This document shows, in pieces, positions 63,913-64,000 of a stretch of 64,000 nucleotides of DNA. Made by a program: the position numbers and the translations under genes. The DNA lies in assembly GCA_035380125.1 (NCBI GenBank), contig DAOSWV010000013.1:1140-65139 (forward strand). Reading direction: 5' to 3'. The notes beneath the pieces are model-generated. The model was not told the DNA's origin. It saw only the letters and a program-made list of their open reading frames with translations, and made no database searches. Numbering within the stretch: the stretch's first letter is position 1; every line of letters begins with the position of its first letter. This DNA comes from Oscillospiraceae bacterium. Lineage in GTDB: Bacteria; Bacillota; Clostridia; Oscillospirales; JAKOTC01.

Positions 63913-64000
63913 TCACCTCAGAAGGTCGTTGTTATCGACCGGGTTCATATCGGCAGTCGTATGATCATTGACCCTGCGCAGAGCAACCGAGAGCACGCCG
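63913..64000 (-). CDS. 3' end of the upstream Tad operon gene (possibly CpaB/RcpC-like)
   Basis: The minus-strand frame is open from the window edge to the TGA at 63913-63915 (...GVLSVALRRVNDHTTADMNPVDNNDLLR*). Only 28 codons are visible. Confidence 0.35.
   Translation of the reverse strand, partial: GVLSVALRRVNDHTTADMNPVDNNDLLR

Noticed and set aside
1-64000. I looked for rRNA, tRNA, CRISPR arrays, IS elements or transposases, integrases, phage structural genes and toxin-antitoxin pairs.
   Set aside because: I saw no cloverleaf-like or rRNA-like conserved strings, no regularly spaced direct repeats, and no ORFs with DDE, tyrosine-recombinase, serine-recombinase or phage signatures. Eye-scanning cannot exclude small RNAs, so tRNAscan, Infernal and minced runs would be decisive.

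Overview
This 64-kb chromosomal window looks like it comes from a moderately GC-rich anaerobic Firmicute with Clostridia-type gene content. All calls come from reading the supplied translations and the DNA by eye. No database or structure search was run, so family names are motif-based recollections.

Layout:
- 0-5 kb: the conserved rpmH-rnpA-yidD-yidC-jag block. rpmH (44 aa) is absent from the ORF track. The block is preceded by AT-rich lipoprotein genes rather than dnaA/oriC.
- 5-11.5 kb: single genes, namely rhaA, prs, an orphan solute-binding lipoprotein, GDPD and a soluble GT4.
- 11.5-15.3 kb: the most unusual locus. Two head-to-head gene pairs (4 CDS) encode proteins without signal peptides. 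They share an N-terminal helical module, a Ser/Thr-rich linker and one of two alternative C-terminal domains. One domain is Cys-rich and ends in CC. I cannot place them in any named family.
- 15.3-19.5 kb: a NifX-like / MinD-ferredoxin / DUF5320-like operon, a divergent Crp/Fnr regulator with palindromic boxes, trxA and a small ferredoxin.
- 19.6-32.6 kb: an AT-rich TPR gene, a lipoprotein, a TetR-controlled ABC-2 efflux operon, a GH36-like hydrolase, MarR plus a heterodimeric ABC exporter, and msrAB.
- 32.7-35.3 kb: an AT-rich island with an RCC1-repeat lipoprotein and an SH3b-M23 peptidase.
- 35.5-41 kb: an FAD oxidoreductase, a small protein plus a CPA2 antiporter, and a large cytoplasmic putative glycosidase.
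- 41.2-57.1 kb: a glycan-biosynthesis region. It holds three GT4, three TupA-like ATP-grasp amidoligases, a GHMP sugar kinase and a UDP-glucuronate 4-epimerase. A convergent operon carries an HMGL-family synthase, three tandem GT2 paralogues and a Trp-rich unknown protein. A GT14 follows. No flippase, polymerase or priming transferase is present in the window.
- 57-59 kb: ldhA and tam.
- 59.2-64 kb: the 3' part of a Tad/Flp pilus operon.

I recognised no rRNA, tRNA, CRISPR, transposase, integrase or phage genes.
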